64,000 nt of DNA, from positions 557,482-621,481 of the forward strand of contig RDEW01000019.1 of the NCBI GenBank assembly GCA_011109175.1, in the 5' to 3' direction. Source of the stretch: Dicyema japonicum. Its lineage: Eukaryota; Animalia; Dicyemida. The notes beneath the pieces were generated by a model that worked only from the letters and a program-made list of their open reading frames with translations, did no database searches and was not told the DNA's origin. The translations under genes and the position numbers were made by a program. Within the stretch, counting starts at the first letter, position 1, and each line of letters starts with the position of its first letter. Positions 1 to 12,754 of the stretch are shown here, in pieces.

Positions 1-150
1 TGAAAATTCAGGCAGCCGTCCTGTACGTTCATACGCGGGCACGAAGGAAGAACGACGGGCAAAGATGAGGTCTTTGTTAGAATGCATCGGGATCACGTGA
101 TAATTAGTTTTGTTTTACCGAGGTCTTGGTTAAATAAATAAAAATGTTTT
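1..150 (+). mobile_element. 3' end of Jockey/I-group-like LINE (family J)
   Basis: Translates RPVRSYAGTKEERRAKMRSLLECIGIT*, then a short 3' UTR and TAAA tail; same C-terminal motif as the RT-bearing copy at 21.3-22.8 kb. Confidence 0.7.
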
Positions 151-240
151 AAAAGCGCTAAATTGCTTTTTAGGCTGAGAAAAAAGAATTATTCTCTCCC
201 CTACCCTGTCACATCGCTGCATGTGATGTCTCTTCTTCTC

Positions 241-345
241 CCGTAGTCTGCAGATGTTCTTTGAGGACGTAGAACAGAACCCTGGTTTATATTCATTTCT
301 GACCATTTTATAATTGAACGTAAACGCAAAGTTTTGTAACAGCGT
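241..345 (+). mobile_element. LINE fragment: 2A-like motif plus start of AP endonuclease
   Basis: LQMFFEDVEQNPGLYSFLTIL*LNVNAK; parallels LLLLSGDVEPGPNCTLTILQLNVNG at 12.5 kb. Confidence 0.6.
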
Positions 346-989
346 GGCTTACTGACTGATCATAAAGTCGATATAACGGTAATCCAATAAACACAGTAAC
401 TAAGTCAATCCCCACTCCACACTTCCCAGGGTATGTGGTAGTCAGCAAGGACCGGGAGTGAAGCTCTGTGGGAGCTTTAATGATTGTTAGAATTGGATTA
501 TCATTCACGGATATTTCCATTGTTACCCAATATGGCTTAGCATCTAATATTCAGACACTCGAGGACAATTTATCTTCATCTCTCTCTTTGTGACCTGAGT
601 ATCCTTAACAACCCAGATTCTTATACGAAATCCGCGGCGAATTATTGATGGATTTCATCGCCGGATATTGCATTATGCTCTATTTTATTAATTGACTATC
701 TACATAGAATGTCCAGTGTGGTTTTTCAAGTAACTATAGATACATTATACGGTTCAATTGTAATACTTGTGCATATCCTGAAATTTTGTGAAAGCAAAAT
801 GAGTGAGCTCACTAAGTATGTGGATTATCAGTTTTCTCGTTTTGGATGACGAACATCACGATTGATGAAGCAGCAAATATGTTTAGAACTATTATTTTCA
901 AGGCGGATAAACTATTTATTCCCTATCTTCATGTATGGATTTTAATCCCAAGCGATATTTTTATACGCTAACTCTCATAAAATAGAGGA

Positions 990-2300
990 CATGCTCAAAC
1001 AGTCAAGAACCCGTGATGTAGGCACTATTGACTCTATAAGACAACATAACATCTCCATTTCATGGCAAATATGACAACAATTTAAATGAAAAGGTCAATA
1101 CTCGTCCATAAAAAAATCTCAAGTCCCAGTATGACTTTTTCCACTTTCGAATAAGTTTGGAACCAATTGGCTCCTTACGGAATTCATGTGCTTGTAGTTC
1201 CAACGAGTATCTGCACGTCACCTGAAGCATTTTAGGGCCGTGGCGAGATTGATACTGACGAACGCATTAAACTTCTCTTGAATGCACACACCTACCACGA
1301 TATCTGAAAAAATTAAATCATCCATCCTATTCTAAAACCTGGGAAATCAAAGAATGACACATCCTCATATCGTCCGATTTACTGACGTGCACTCTCAAAG
1401 ATGTTAGAGGAGTTAGTTCTTATGAAGATTTTTCAATGTGGCATCCGAATTGGTAGATCTCCCACAACGCACTTAACCAACCTATCACAGTTTATCATAG
1501 ACGGCTTCAATGTCCAAGGTCTCATACTTGGACGGCGTTGATTTCTATCGATATCCGAACGGCATTCAATTTTTTCTTGAGGATATTCAACTTCAATATT
1601 TACCCAAACCTTAAACTCTGGCTGGAAAACTTTCTGTCCCGAAGTGTATACCTGGTGAAAGCAGGTGGAGATCACGACTGCTCTCATATGGACTTCCACA
1701 AGATTCCCATCTTTCCCACTATTCACGTCTGATCGTGCTACAAAATGTATCCGAGCTACGCCTATATGTGCCTATAGCCGTTTCAAAGAACCCTAAAATC
1801 CTTGGAGTGACAGATGACTCATAGAAAAGCTTCATAGCAAAACCTCTCGAATCCTTACAAAAGGACTCCAGAAGTTGAATGTCCTTCAGGCAATTGTTGC
1901 GAAGAAGTCCGTACTCTGTATAAGATTGCATACATAAATTATACAGACAAACCATCGTTTCCCTATAAAATATGCTTGTGCTTCATGGAGGTATCCATTC
2001 TCTAGGTCGGCGTTGGAAAAAATCAGCTCCATAGGCGAGAAGACTCCGCTTTTACGGAGCTGAACTGATCCTACCCTCGTCACTCTATGTCGTAGTTATC
2101 AATATGAGGGAATTGCCACGGATTCATCCAGTTCTGTCAGGAGCCAGAAATCTGCTTTGTTCATATGTATTACGTACTGAAAATGTACGGTCCCTCTTTA
2201 GACGTCCGTCCTCCATTCGACTTCCTCAGCGTCACAAACGGAGACACTTTTGGAAATTCTTATATTCTATCACATTACGAACTTGTATCGTTTCGTTGAT
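990..2300 (+). mobile_element. Degraded I-group LINE reverse transcriptase
   Basis: Motifs PILKPGKSKNDTSSYRPI, ISIDIRTAF, YPNLKLWLENFLS and KYACASW, with stops and frameshifts. Confidence 0.7.
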
Positions 2301-2639
2301 ATGAAACCGTTATAAAGACACGTTGATATTTCTGAATGTATACTTGAGTTAGTGAAGTACTTTTATTGCATGAATATTTTTTTGTAGTCAAAAAAATAGT
2401 CAGGTATTTAAATCCGACCTTAATAAGGATTATTTCAAAAAAATTATCCGTATTATACGATATATCCAAGAATTTTACATGACAAGCTTAATCGCTTTAC
2501 AGCTAAGTTAACCAAGTATCGGAAACCCGAAGTTCTGAACAAAGATGTGTCGGGTTTGAATTTTGTCAGGGTAAAAATTGACATTTAATATTGTGTCTTG
2601 GGGTGAAATTGTGAGTCTGTGAATACTATGATTTACATT

Positions 2640-2880
2640 AAATTGTTCCAAAGACCGGGGGTAAAACCAAACTAATTCCTTGATCCTGTCACGTTCCAGC
2701 AGAACCCTCACCCAAGTACAGTGATCTGAGGTCGATTCCATAACTCTTCGACAGGGAAATTGTCTCCTGGTGGAATGAATAGATGGATTCTTTTGAATGC
2801 CTGCGAGGCATTGGACGTCTCCTGAGTAAGTAGATCCAATGAAGCCACTAGAGGGGAAAAATCTTATACATGGAAGTACT
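2640..2880 (-). mobile_element. 3' end of family J LINE
   Basis: RRVMESTSDHCTWVRVLLERDRIKELV; similar at DNA level to 56970-57200. Confidence 0.55.
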
Positions 2881-3189
2881 TATTGTTTCGAAGGGTGCAC
2901 TTAAAAGCAATCGTGAGATAAATAGTTTAAACTTTTTTTAATTAGTCGGAATCGATTTTGAAACAAATCATTTGTATAATCTTAGTGATTAATTGTAACT
3001 TTGTAGAATTGAATGGTGAGTCATGTGATTATGACTAATAATGATAATAACTCTGATTCCTTTAACGCGTGGGTCCTTTCCTATAATTTGAGGGTTTCAA
3101 ACATTTTTATAACACACAATTTCCACTTTGTTGGTTGAGTGTTGGCATCTCTCTAATAATATCTGTTTTCTTGTTTGTATATTCTAACA

Positions 3190-3950
3190 ATTGCAAGTTT
3201 CAACGTCAGAGGACTCGCTTAGAACAATAAACAGGAAATCTTATGCATGGATTTCCTCGGTGAACTGAGGAGACGTGGGAGGAGGAAAATTAAATAAAAA
3301 AACTGATAGAACGGATATTGAACAGCAATGCACAATGTAATTCAAGAATTCATATGCTTATGGGTAACGTGGGAGTGCATTTAACAATTTACATTTAGAT
3401 ATGTTAATGAACTTTTATAAAGTAATACAGATATGGAATTTTTGGTTGAGCTTGTGATGTGGCTTTGCTACATATGTCTAGAAAATACTCATTGTACAAT
3501 CGAGAACTCAGGCTAATGACGTTTAACGTACGTGGAATCGAAAGATTGGACAAGGAAAGTACTTTGTGACGATCTTGGGAAATACAAAATATCTATTGGT
3601 TGCCACAAGAGACGAAAACCGAAAATGGACACGATGAAACATGGAACAACTACTGACTGATTCTCTTCCCGACTGAATGCAAGCACTACGGCATGGGATT
3701 TGCCTTACACGCTGATTACCTGAAAAAAACTACATCGCTATTGGAGAGTCAACGACCGAAAATGTGTCCTACAACTCAAACTAAATGATTTATGCCAGTA
3801 AAGAGTCTATTAACTGTCATAAATGTCTATGCACCACACTGCGGACGAGTAATCAAGAACCCCGGTGAGCTCGAGGAATTCTACTCAGAATTATCAAGCA
3901 CATATTCGAATAATGCGTCCTCGTTGGATTATCTAGAAGAACTTTATTGG
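3190..3950 (+). mobile_element. RTE-clade LINE AP endonuclease fragments
   Basis: LMTFNVRGI, QETKT, HYGMGFA and VINVYAPHCG motifs, matching the RTE copy at 47.3 kb. Confidence 0.75.
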
Positions 3951-4829
3951 CGATCCGTACATTGGTTTTCCGAGTTTAACGAAATTCGGTCAATAAGCCA
4001 GCACCTTTCTCTCATTCTTTTTCTTTCCTGCGATTCATCAGGGCTAGCGATATGCTTCCAATGACTCTTGATGTTTCGATAGAGAATGATTCGAGCTCTT
4101 GTTTCCATAGGGTGTCTGCTCTTTCATTTGAGTCATTTACAGTCAGTACAAAGTTGGAGGGTGAGAAATCCCCACAAAGATGGCATAAAAGGCAAGGTAT
4201 CATTGATAGAGAGTAAATGAAAAACAATTAAATTCAAAATTTTTATTGACAGTGAAAAATTGAAAGTTAATAAGAATAAGAGATACGATGACCTAAATTA
4301 ATATTCTAAACATTTAAAGACAAATACTCCGCACCAGCTAGAACAGTGGTTGGTTAATCATTCCTTCCGTGTTCCTGTTAGACGTCCAATCTACTCAAAA
4401 AACTAGACAAGAACTCATAAGTCTCAAACTGTATCACATCGCCCTATATGTCAAATACAAATATCATAAATAAGCTCAGATACGTAATTATCACCATAAA
4501 ATATCAGAGTAGTGGTGCTATATCATCCCAGCTATTGTCAAAATGTTTAATTAGTATGATCAGAAATAATCCGGTAATTCACCATGTATGTAAGAGTGGT
4601 GCACGGAAGTCATCATATCAAACAATAAATGAAACGAACAGAATGATACATTAATCACTGTAATCAAACAGTGCGCACAAGCAACACAGTAAAATATAGA
4701 ACTCGTGCAAACACGTTATTATTTTAAATGAATTTTAAGGTTAACCATTTAAAATAAAATTATAATTAATTTTTTAATCTTAAATTAAAATATTAAATGC
4801 ATAGCAGTAGAAGAAATCTTAAATCTAAT

Positions 4830-4950
4830 AATAATAATTTGCAGAAGACCTAGAAGATCTACTCGATGCGGCCGGAATCACCTGACGGCTATGTAGTTAT
4901 TTAATTTGTCGGTGATTTTTGGTTTTTTTTAATAGTAATAATAATAAGAA
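4830..4950 (+). mobile_element. Short 3' remnant of family J LINE
   Basis: EDLEDLLDAAGIT* followed by a (TAA)n tail. Confidence 0.5.
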
Positions 4951-5104
4951 CAGATGCGCAAAGCAGAGAGCGATGGAGACGCCTAGTGAAGCAGATTGTG
5001 GAACGTGTGGCACAAACGGGACCTTAGTTAATATAACGTTCTTTGGTTCTGTGAAAATGCTTTTTAATAATAATAGCAGTAGATGGTCTCTTGGAAATGC
5101 CTCG

Positions 5105-5420
5105 TGATGCCCACGTGATATGGCTACTTGATTGAAGTTTTCTGTTTGTTTCATTTTTTCCTCCTCTCTTTTTTTCTACTAGAGTAATGTCATGTGATCC
5201 ACCTGTCTTAGGTGGAACGACAAAGGATCGTTTGCTCTCCCTCATTCTATTGGAAAGGTTTCCAGAACTGCAATGAATGGACGTCTTTTACCTTTATGCT
5301 GGTTCTGGATGGACTTGTGTGACATAAAAGCACTCTGTTTCTGTGACAGTAAATACTGAATACACTTATTAGTTGTTAACTGTTAATTTCTTTCTCGCTG
5401 TATCAGGGGTTAATAAGAAA
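5105..5420 (+). mobile_element. SINE family A, diverged copy
   Basis: Colinear with 8527-8837 (GTCATGTGATCCACCTGTC, AAAGGATC, TTTCTC...GGGGTTAATAA). Confidence 0.75.
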
Positions 5421-5879
5421 TTCTTTTGATGAAATCTTTTGATAAGGTTTGGTGGAATAGACATAAGGACTTCTGCCCACTTGCAATTCCATGCTATATG
5501 TCGTCCTTTGCAAGCTGATGTGCCTTGGCCAAATCAATCTTTTATTTCTGTCCCGGATTGAGTCTGGCCCCTAAGCTTCACACGGTTGTGAAACAATGGA
5601 CAACAAACGGGCTTCATGTTTTGGATTCCATCTGTTCGATTTCTGTAAAGCCATAGAAGGTCCTCAAATACCTATCGCCGGCATGTCTAAATGCGGCGTC
5701 TGTTGAGAATTCGGGTCCTGCCTCAATTTCTTCCCTGGCCGTTTTGAATGGAGGCCATTTAGAATGGTATTTTTGGATATGAATAAAATTCCATAATGGA
5801 GACCTTGTCATAATAAATCACTTTATTGATTTTGTATTAAAAAAATTGCTCCGTCACAGATGAACAAAGGTAATCGATT

Positions 5880-6330
5880 CGACAAAAATTTTATTTATAA
5901 ACCCTGAAATTGCAAAATAGAGGACAAGAGTTAGCATCTAAATTAAGTGACCAAGGTGTCCACACAAGGCTTTCTCCTACGGTTAATTTTGGATTCCACA
6001 AAAAGAAATTGAATTTGTAGTTGATACCTGGAAAAATCTCGGCTCCAGGAGGCTAGGAACCTTTAGGAAATTTTCATTTAAACTTAGAATAATATTTGGA
6101 AATATTCTTCCTGTGACAAAAAAACTGCAAAAATACTTGGGATCATTTATTACCAATCCCTTTCTCTTCCTATGTGGATCTCTCATCGTGAGGAAATACG
6201 AAAACTTAAGCTCTTTGTGATGTTTTTGAAGTCATATTTAAGCGCAAGTTCCATATGGTCTAGCTGAATTTCTTACTCAAATATACGAAAGTTTAAAAAA
6301 AGTTGAAATGTTGCGTCCGCACGAGATGTC
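5880..6330 (+). mobile_element. Degraded LINE RT C-terminal fragment
   Basis: IFGNILPVTKKLQKYLGSFI (KYLG motif) followed by SSIWSS; frameshifted. Confidence 0.4.
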
Positions 6331-6749
6331 CATCCTATGGTCAATCTGTCACCTGTCATTCAATCAATCTATATTTTTTCCTGTCTTTTAGATGTCTGTA
6401 CAGTCTCGCCATTTAAACTACTCACTATGGATCGAATAGATGTCCCACACGAGTACACATGATAAAAACCACATTAAGAATGACATCTGACCTCATAAAA
6501 AATGATTGATTGAAAGGTGACATGTAGAGACATAATTGTTTTTTGTTATATGATGTGAAAAAACACTCAAAGGATGACAAAAATATATAAATTTTAAAGA
6601 ATCCGAAAAACATTAAGTAATTTATATGCTAGGAACTTATAATTTAATAAAATATTTATTAATACTTTGCAAACTCTAAAATATCAGCGTTTAAAAAATC
6701 ACAATGATGAAATAAAAATTTCAACAATAAACCCAAATCGATAAAGCTA

Positions 6750-8255
6750 TCACACTGGCGAAATCTCGAATGCAATGGTCAAACCTAAGAATGGTCGCTC
6801 CCCTGGACCGGATGGAATCAATTTAGAACTTCTCAAATACAGGCCACTGGCACTAACAGACAAACTGGCAGAACAACTCAACTCTATGTTTATAAAAAAA
6901 GAATACCCCGCTCTTGGATCCGGGCCATTAATTCCAATACAAAAACCTAACAAGCATGCTGGGCCTGTTGAAAACCTACGTCCAATAATCCTGCTAAACA
7001 CCTTACGGAAAAATCTGGCATTAGTTACGCTGAACCGAATCAGAGAACAAGTGGACACTATCTATCACCTAGTTGCAGTAGATTCAGGACAAGAAGATCC
7101 ACTGCGGATGTAGTATGGAGCCACAAGTGGAGCTGCGCTATCAACCAGAGAATTGAAAGTGCAACAACAGTCCTGGGAATAGACCTCTCTAGGGCCTTAG
7201 ACACGGTCCGCCGTGGTCTACTTCTCAGGATAATGGAACAATTCTTGGACCCTGATTCTGTTAGTATGATCTGAGTGTTGCTATCTAACACGAAGCTCAG
7301 AGTCGGGTCGGTAAGACGTTTTACCGTGAATTTACGTGCAATGTTGGTACTCCACAGGGAGATTACCTTTCGCCTCTGCTATATATCTGGATGCGGCATT
7401 ACGAGATCTTCGGAAGTTCTATGATGGCAACGTTGTCGAAATTGCCTATGCGGACGACGTCGACTTTGTGTCAGAAAACAAATCAGCCCTACTTCGACTC
7501 TTCGAGGTGGCACCTGCCTAGCTGAACCGATGGTTCCTTGGAATGAACACCGCAAAAACTGACATTTTGGAAATCAGGAGAATAAAAAGCAGATCAAGTG
7601 AAACATGGCTAAAAACAAACAAACTTGGCTCTTTACTTGGAGACAGTCAAGATATTGCCAGAAGGAAGACCCTCGCTTGGGTACGATGAACAAGTTGAAG
7701 AATGAGTGGATTACGACGATCCTGCACATCACTTCTTCTGAGACTGTATGAAGCCTTTGTCAAGCCAACCTAATGTACAATTCATCGACCTGGGGAACAT
7801 CCAAAACCGAACAACTTGGACTAGACTCTTTCCATCGAAGACAACTTAGATTCCTACTTAGACTAAACTGGCCAGCAAGAATAAAAAAGGAATCGCTGTA
7901 CAAGAGATGTTGCACGGGTCCACTGAGTCTCGAAATTGCTGATATGCGCTGGAGGCTATTTGGACATATCTTGCGTATGGACTTGGGCGCTCCAGCGAAC
8001 ATAGCGATAGAGGACTACTCTATGAGAAAGGGACCGTGCTTTCGTGGACGCCGGCGTATTGCACTACCTGAAACACTTGACGGAGATCTAAAGCTCGTGA
8101 ACAAAGGTCTAAGAAGGGGACGACCTGGACAAGTTGAGGAAACTCTCTTACGATCGAGGAAGTTAGAAGAAGTTGGTTCAGAGGATTGTTTTGAATGCTG
8201 CATGAGTAAAATTATAACTTTTATAATTTTACGAATGTTATTATTATTATTATAA
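6750..8255 (+). mobile_element. RTE-clade LINE RT and 3' end, decayed
   Basis: SPGPDGINLELLK, NLRPIILLN, YADDVDFVS, KLGSLLGD and MRWRLFGHILRM motifs; (TTA)n tail at 8226-8252. Confidence 0.9.
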
Positions 8256-8526
8256 TAACCCAGGAACACAGGAAAGAAAAAATTATCGTCTAATTTATCG
8301 TGTCAGTGCGTCCTTCTTTGTTTCGACTTTGTCTGCAATCTTTTATGATCGTCCAAAAGGGGGAAAGTTTGATTTTACGAATGTTGTTCATGATAATAAT
8401 AAACCATCTACATAAATGAAATTAGAAAAAATAAAGATTTGTTTAAATAAATTTATGTGAAATTTAAAAAATAATCACTTATTAGTCAATTGGTAATATT
8501 GCCTCTTTTAATTTGAACGGAGGATT

Positions 8527-8837
8527 CCGCGTGGCGCCATGTGGTGCTGCGTGGTTAATTGGCTGAAGTTTTCCGCTTGCTTGTCTGTTCCTCCTCTCTC
8601 TTCCTAATAGAGCGTCATGTGATCCACCTGTCTAGATGACGCCCACGAAAAAGGATCATTTGCTCTTCCCCACTCCAGTGGAGTGGTTTCCACAACTGCA
8701 TGTAATGGACGTCTTACCTTTTATGTTGATTCCGGATGGACTCTGTTTCTGTGGAAGTGGAAACTGGATACACTTAATTAGTTGTTTACTTTAACTTCTT
8801 TCTCGGTGTATCCGGGGTTAATAAATAAATAAATAAA
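8527..8837 (+). mobile_element. SINE family A, full-length copy
   Basis: ~310 bp repeat with (TAAA)n tail, flanked by near-perfect TSD AACGGAG(G)ATT; further copies at 15.7, 60.6, 5.1, 54.4 and 56.7 kb. Confidence 0.85.
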
Positions 8838-8904
8838 CGGAGATTAACTGGAGAAGTATTTTGTTTACACGAACGTCATGGTTATTGAGAGTAACAAGAC
8901 ATCC

Positions 8905-9520
8905 AAGCTAATTATTATCTAACCCCGAAAAAAGGGAACACCAAGAAAGAAGAGGTTAAACATCTAATCAAGTGATCCCGGTATACCTCAACAGGATCGA
9001 GAGCTTTTTACTGTGTTCTTCCATAGTACCCACAGCTTTCTGAATCCACAACGTTCCTCTTCCATGAGAATTTGGATAAACGTGGGCTTTTTTAACCCAT
9101 TTTAGATGTATCAGCGGCTTCTATCACTGATTGGTAGAAGCGACCGGATTCAGAACCGGAGAGTGTGATAAAGCCGGAACCATTATTCCGGATTGCCGGG
9201 TTGTCGAGTAATAGAAAGAATAGTTGAGCAGAGAAATGTTTATTCTTATCAGTTGCTCTTAAGAAATATATCTTGTAGAAGTTAAATTGGAAATCCGTAA
9301 GCCCAGGAGGAACAGACATGCTCCACCACTGATAGTTAGGACGAAAGCGCATTCTTCCAACAGAATGGTCTTGGAGTTTAGAAATGTTTTGATGACGTTG
9401 AGTTTTATAAAGTCCCTTGATTGAACATCCTTCACATTTTAATAATGAAAAGAGCATGGGGTCCAGGGTCGCTTCCATTATTATTGGATGTGTTTTCATT
9501 GGAATAATGCAATTATGAAA
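8905..9520 (-). mobile_element. 3' part of family J LINE
   Basis: Ends KAVGTMEEHSKKLSILLRYTGIT* with 3' UTR TCTTTCTTGGTGT...CGGGGTTAGATAATAA; explains the 135-aa ORF 9092-9499. Confidence 0.65.
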
Positions 9521-9929
9521 ACTGATTTTAGCGTATCTGTTGTAAAAATGTTATATGAAGATGGAAAATCCAAGTTTCTTGAAAAAACTGAAGCAATGTC
9601 CTGCTTATTCTTTCATGCTTCTCAACCACAACAGTCCAGAATGTCAACAGATTTCGAGAATATATTTTTTTACTAAAATCAAGTAAGAAAAACATTATCT
9701 TGAAATGGCCAATCATGAAAAAAAATCATGAACGATAATTATCATTTTTTGCGAAATATATTTAAAATGAACATAGAAACATTGCAAACACGACAGTAGT
9801 AACAGCTTACATACTAGTCCTTCAGACTCATTGCTTTAATGAACAGCGAAATTTGCACACTCAATTGTCTTGGAAGAAGATCACTAAAATATAGATTTTA
9901 AAACTTCTGACTATTAGACTTAGTTAAAG

Positions 9930-10000
9930 TCCTCGTTGGTCCAGTGGTTAGGATGTCAGTCTCTCACATTGACGGCCCGGTTCGATTCCCGGACGGGGAA
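9930..10000 (+). tRNA. tRNA-Glu(CTC), copy 1 (one G missing in T-stem)
   Basis: Acceptor TCCTCGT/ACGGGGA, anticodon arm TCAGT-CTCTCAC-ATTGA, TTCGATT loop, T6 terminator; 71 nt versus 72 nt for copy 2. Confidence 0.9.
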
Positions 10001-10299
10001 TTTTTTATACTAAAATGAATTTAAAATCTTGTAATAGAATTTCCTAAAAAACTGTTTATTTTAACAAATCAATTGTAAGAAGTCAATCATATTAAATCAT
10101 CAAAGTAAAAATGTGAGACCTGGTGACTTCTCCGATTGATCTCTTTGCAATCGTAAGTGGCAACGCAACGTCGATAATGTCGGCTGTGTCCGCTTTGAAT
10201 GGTTGGCCGTTAATTTAATTACATTATTGATTGTATTTCATCAAAGTAAAACACAAGATCTCTATCTTTGCGAGACAAAATTCTGGTCTTCTGATGACT

Positions 10300-12650
10300 C
10301 AACCACATCCGGAAGCGCTTTCTTTCCTTCTGCAAAGGAATTCAATCGGCGTGCACACTTTATTACCGACCGAAATTCTCTGCATGAGTGGGTTTCCCAG
10401 TTCCTTGCAGAAACGAGCCGCTAATGGGGATGTCCGTGTGGTGCATAATTTTCCGCCTGGGAGTTCAAACGATCCACTCTCGAAGAGGGAATCGCAAATC
10501 TCCAGACAGAGCAGGCATTTAATGGTAGGAACGATGACTTGTTGGTAGACTTTTTGACGCAAGCAGCAGGGCCCCCCTGGCTTTTCTTTATGATCGCTTT
10601 TAAAATGTTCCATTTCTGAAGACCCTTGGCAAGCACTCTCACGTGACTCTGAGAACGTCATCAGAGAGTCGAAAACTACCCAAGGATCTTCTGGGTCCGC
10701 GTAGAAGAGATAGAAGTATCTCAAAAAAACAGTTCGAGTCCATCCTTAAATCTTCTATCAGTATTGAAAATGGTGAACTGGGATTTAGATGCTCACATAA
10801 CATATTTGCAGATAGCCAGTCACATATTCGGTTTAGGTGTGACTGAACAGTTAATAGGTTGAAAAGGAGAGGAGATAAAGGGTAGTCTTGCGGGACCCAT
10901 TGGGGAATAGTCTTGATTTTGAAGTGGTTTTGTCAATCCGGACTCTTCCGTGTCGCCCAGTTAAAATTTTCTAACCATAGCTTGATGTTTGGATGTATGT
11001 TCGAAGAGCGTCTTTTGGTTTTCTAGGCTTTAGGATTGGCGTAATCAGGGAGTTTTCCATATATTAGGTTCGTATGGTAGTTTAAAGAGTCGTTATGTAG
11101 TCTTGATAGTATAGCCCGTGCCTGAGGTCAAAAATGTTTGAGGTGAATAGTGCAAATACCGTCGGACCACAAGCACGAGTTGTACGTAGCAATTTAATAG
11201 CCTTGTCAAGATCATGGGGGTGAAGAAGGTGGAATATGGTTCTTGTTGCGGCCGGCGCAGTTCAACATGTGTAGAACGAGAAAAATCTTTATGGCTCATC
11301 GATACGTAGTACTTCATAATCTTGTTTGCAAGTTTGCGTGTGGGTTCCGAAGCGTTGCAGGTAACGGCCTCAGTTCCGCGGTCCTCCTCATTGATAAGGC
11401 TATTGATCTCTCTTAGCGTTTTCCAAAATGTGCCACAAGAGTTTTTGTGACATAGTCGTCCAACTAGGCGGCTCATTCGAGTCTATTGTTAGTTCGGATA
11501 AGCTCAGATAATTTGGAATTCAGTGAACGTATGAAGTAGAATGAATTATTGGTCTGTTTTTTTCCTCTTCAGCGCATCTCGTTTCTTGATGAGTTACACA
11601 ATTTGCGATGATAATCTTAGATTGAACTTCTTGTAAGAGGCGACAAATATAAATAGTTTATCAGCTTTCAAAATGATAGCAGACAGAATCTTGGCCGTCT
11701 TCTCTACTATACAGTTAACTATAGTAAGGTCAAGGAGACTACTGTAACATACGCCCTGAAACTTGCCAGTCAGCTTTCAAGTAATTTTTGAACTTTGTAG
11801 AACAACACGGTGAACAAATAGGCCTTCTAAGTCTCAACAAAATGGAGTTGTGTCGCTGGAGAAACCATAACGAACATTCCATGAAATACATCCAGCCATA
11901 GAAGGAGAGCAGAGGGACAGGTACGGGATGTTGGACTGTCCCTTCTGCGGGACGGATTCTTTGTGTGAGGATAGTCAAATCATTAAGTAAGGAAAGGATG
12001 CACTCGCCGCGACTGTGGCTGATTGTGTCCGGAGCCAGAGTGGATGTTTGGCATTTAGGTCTCCGCATAGTAGCAGATCCTTTAGTCCACACAGTCTCAA
12101 TAGGTTGAGGATGTAGGAAGTAGTATATGACCCCTGAGGCGGATATAGACATTACACAGTGTAAAACATCTCGTCGATGAAAAGGAACTTCAATAGAAAT
12201 CTGTTCCAGAATAAGATCTTCGCAAAGAGAAGATACAGAAAGGGTGACATCAGTAAATTTAAGTCCATCCTTAACATAGTCAATAATCCTCCTCCGAGAC
12301 TTCTTGTTGGTCCCTGCGAAGTACACAACATCCAGGAAAACAAGGTGTTGGGGACTTTATAGAGAGCTTCGATTCTTGAATGAGGGCAATGTCCACTTTC
12401 AAATGGGATAAGAGGGATCGAATTTCCAACACTTTATTGCGGATTCCATTTACATTTAATTGTAAAATAGTCAGCGTGCAGTTGGGTCCCGGTTCTACAT
12501 CACCAGACAGAAGTAGTAAAGAGAAAAAGTGGGAGTTGGTAAGCCACCCTTCTGAAGATCGCAGAAAAGTAGGGAAAGTCGAACGGTTCTCTTCCATGCA
12601 AAACTTGCACTGACTGTACAGTAATAGTATAATGAGCGCCACCACAACAA
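10300..12650 (-). mobile_element. I-group APE-RT LINE with N-terminal 2A-like peptide; decayed, RT core deleted
   Basis: LLLLSGDVEPGP then ILQLNVNGIRNK...DIALIQESKL (APE); pre-RT region at 11.1-11.5 kb; post-RT region at 10.3-10.85 kb; no YADD region found. Confidence 0.85.
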
Positions 12651-12754
12651 CAGGTGTACTAAATCAAAAATCTCTAGGGCATCTGAGTTTTTATAAAACA
12701 AATATTGAATATTAGAATTTAAATATTTTTAAATATAATATTTTTAAAAATTGA

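Noticed and set aside
5500-5811. 65-aa minus-strand ORF with a TDAA motif as LTR/DIRS RNase H
   Set aside because: The similarity is too weak and no other supporting motifs were found.
9092-9499. Duplicated 135-aa ORF (also 16266-16673) as a novel gene pair
   Set aside because: It lies in the post-RT region of a decayed J LINE inside the duplicated block.
10113-10210. ~100-bp repeat (also 17291 and 54620) as a separate ncRNA family
   Set aside because: Translates ...DNVGCVRFEWL, resembling the RTE post-RT region; best read as RTE debris.
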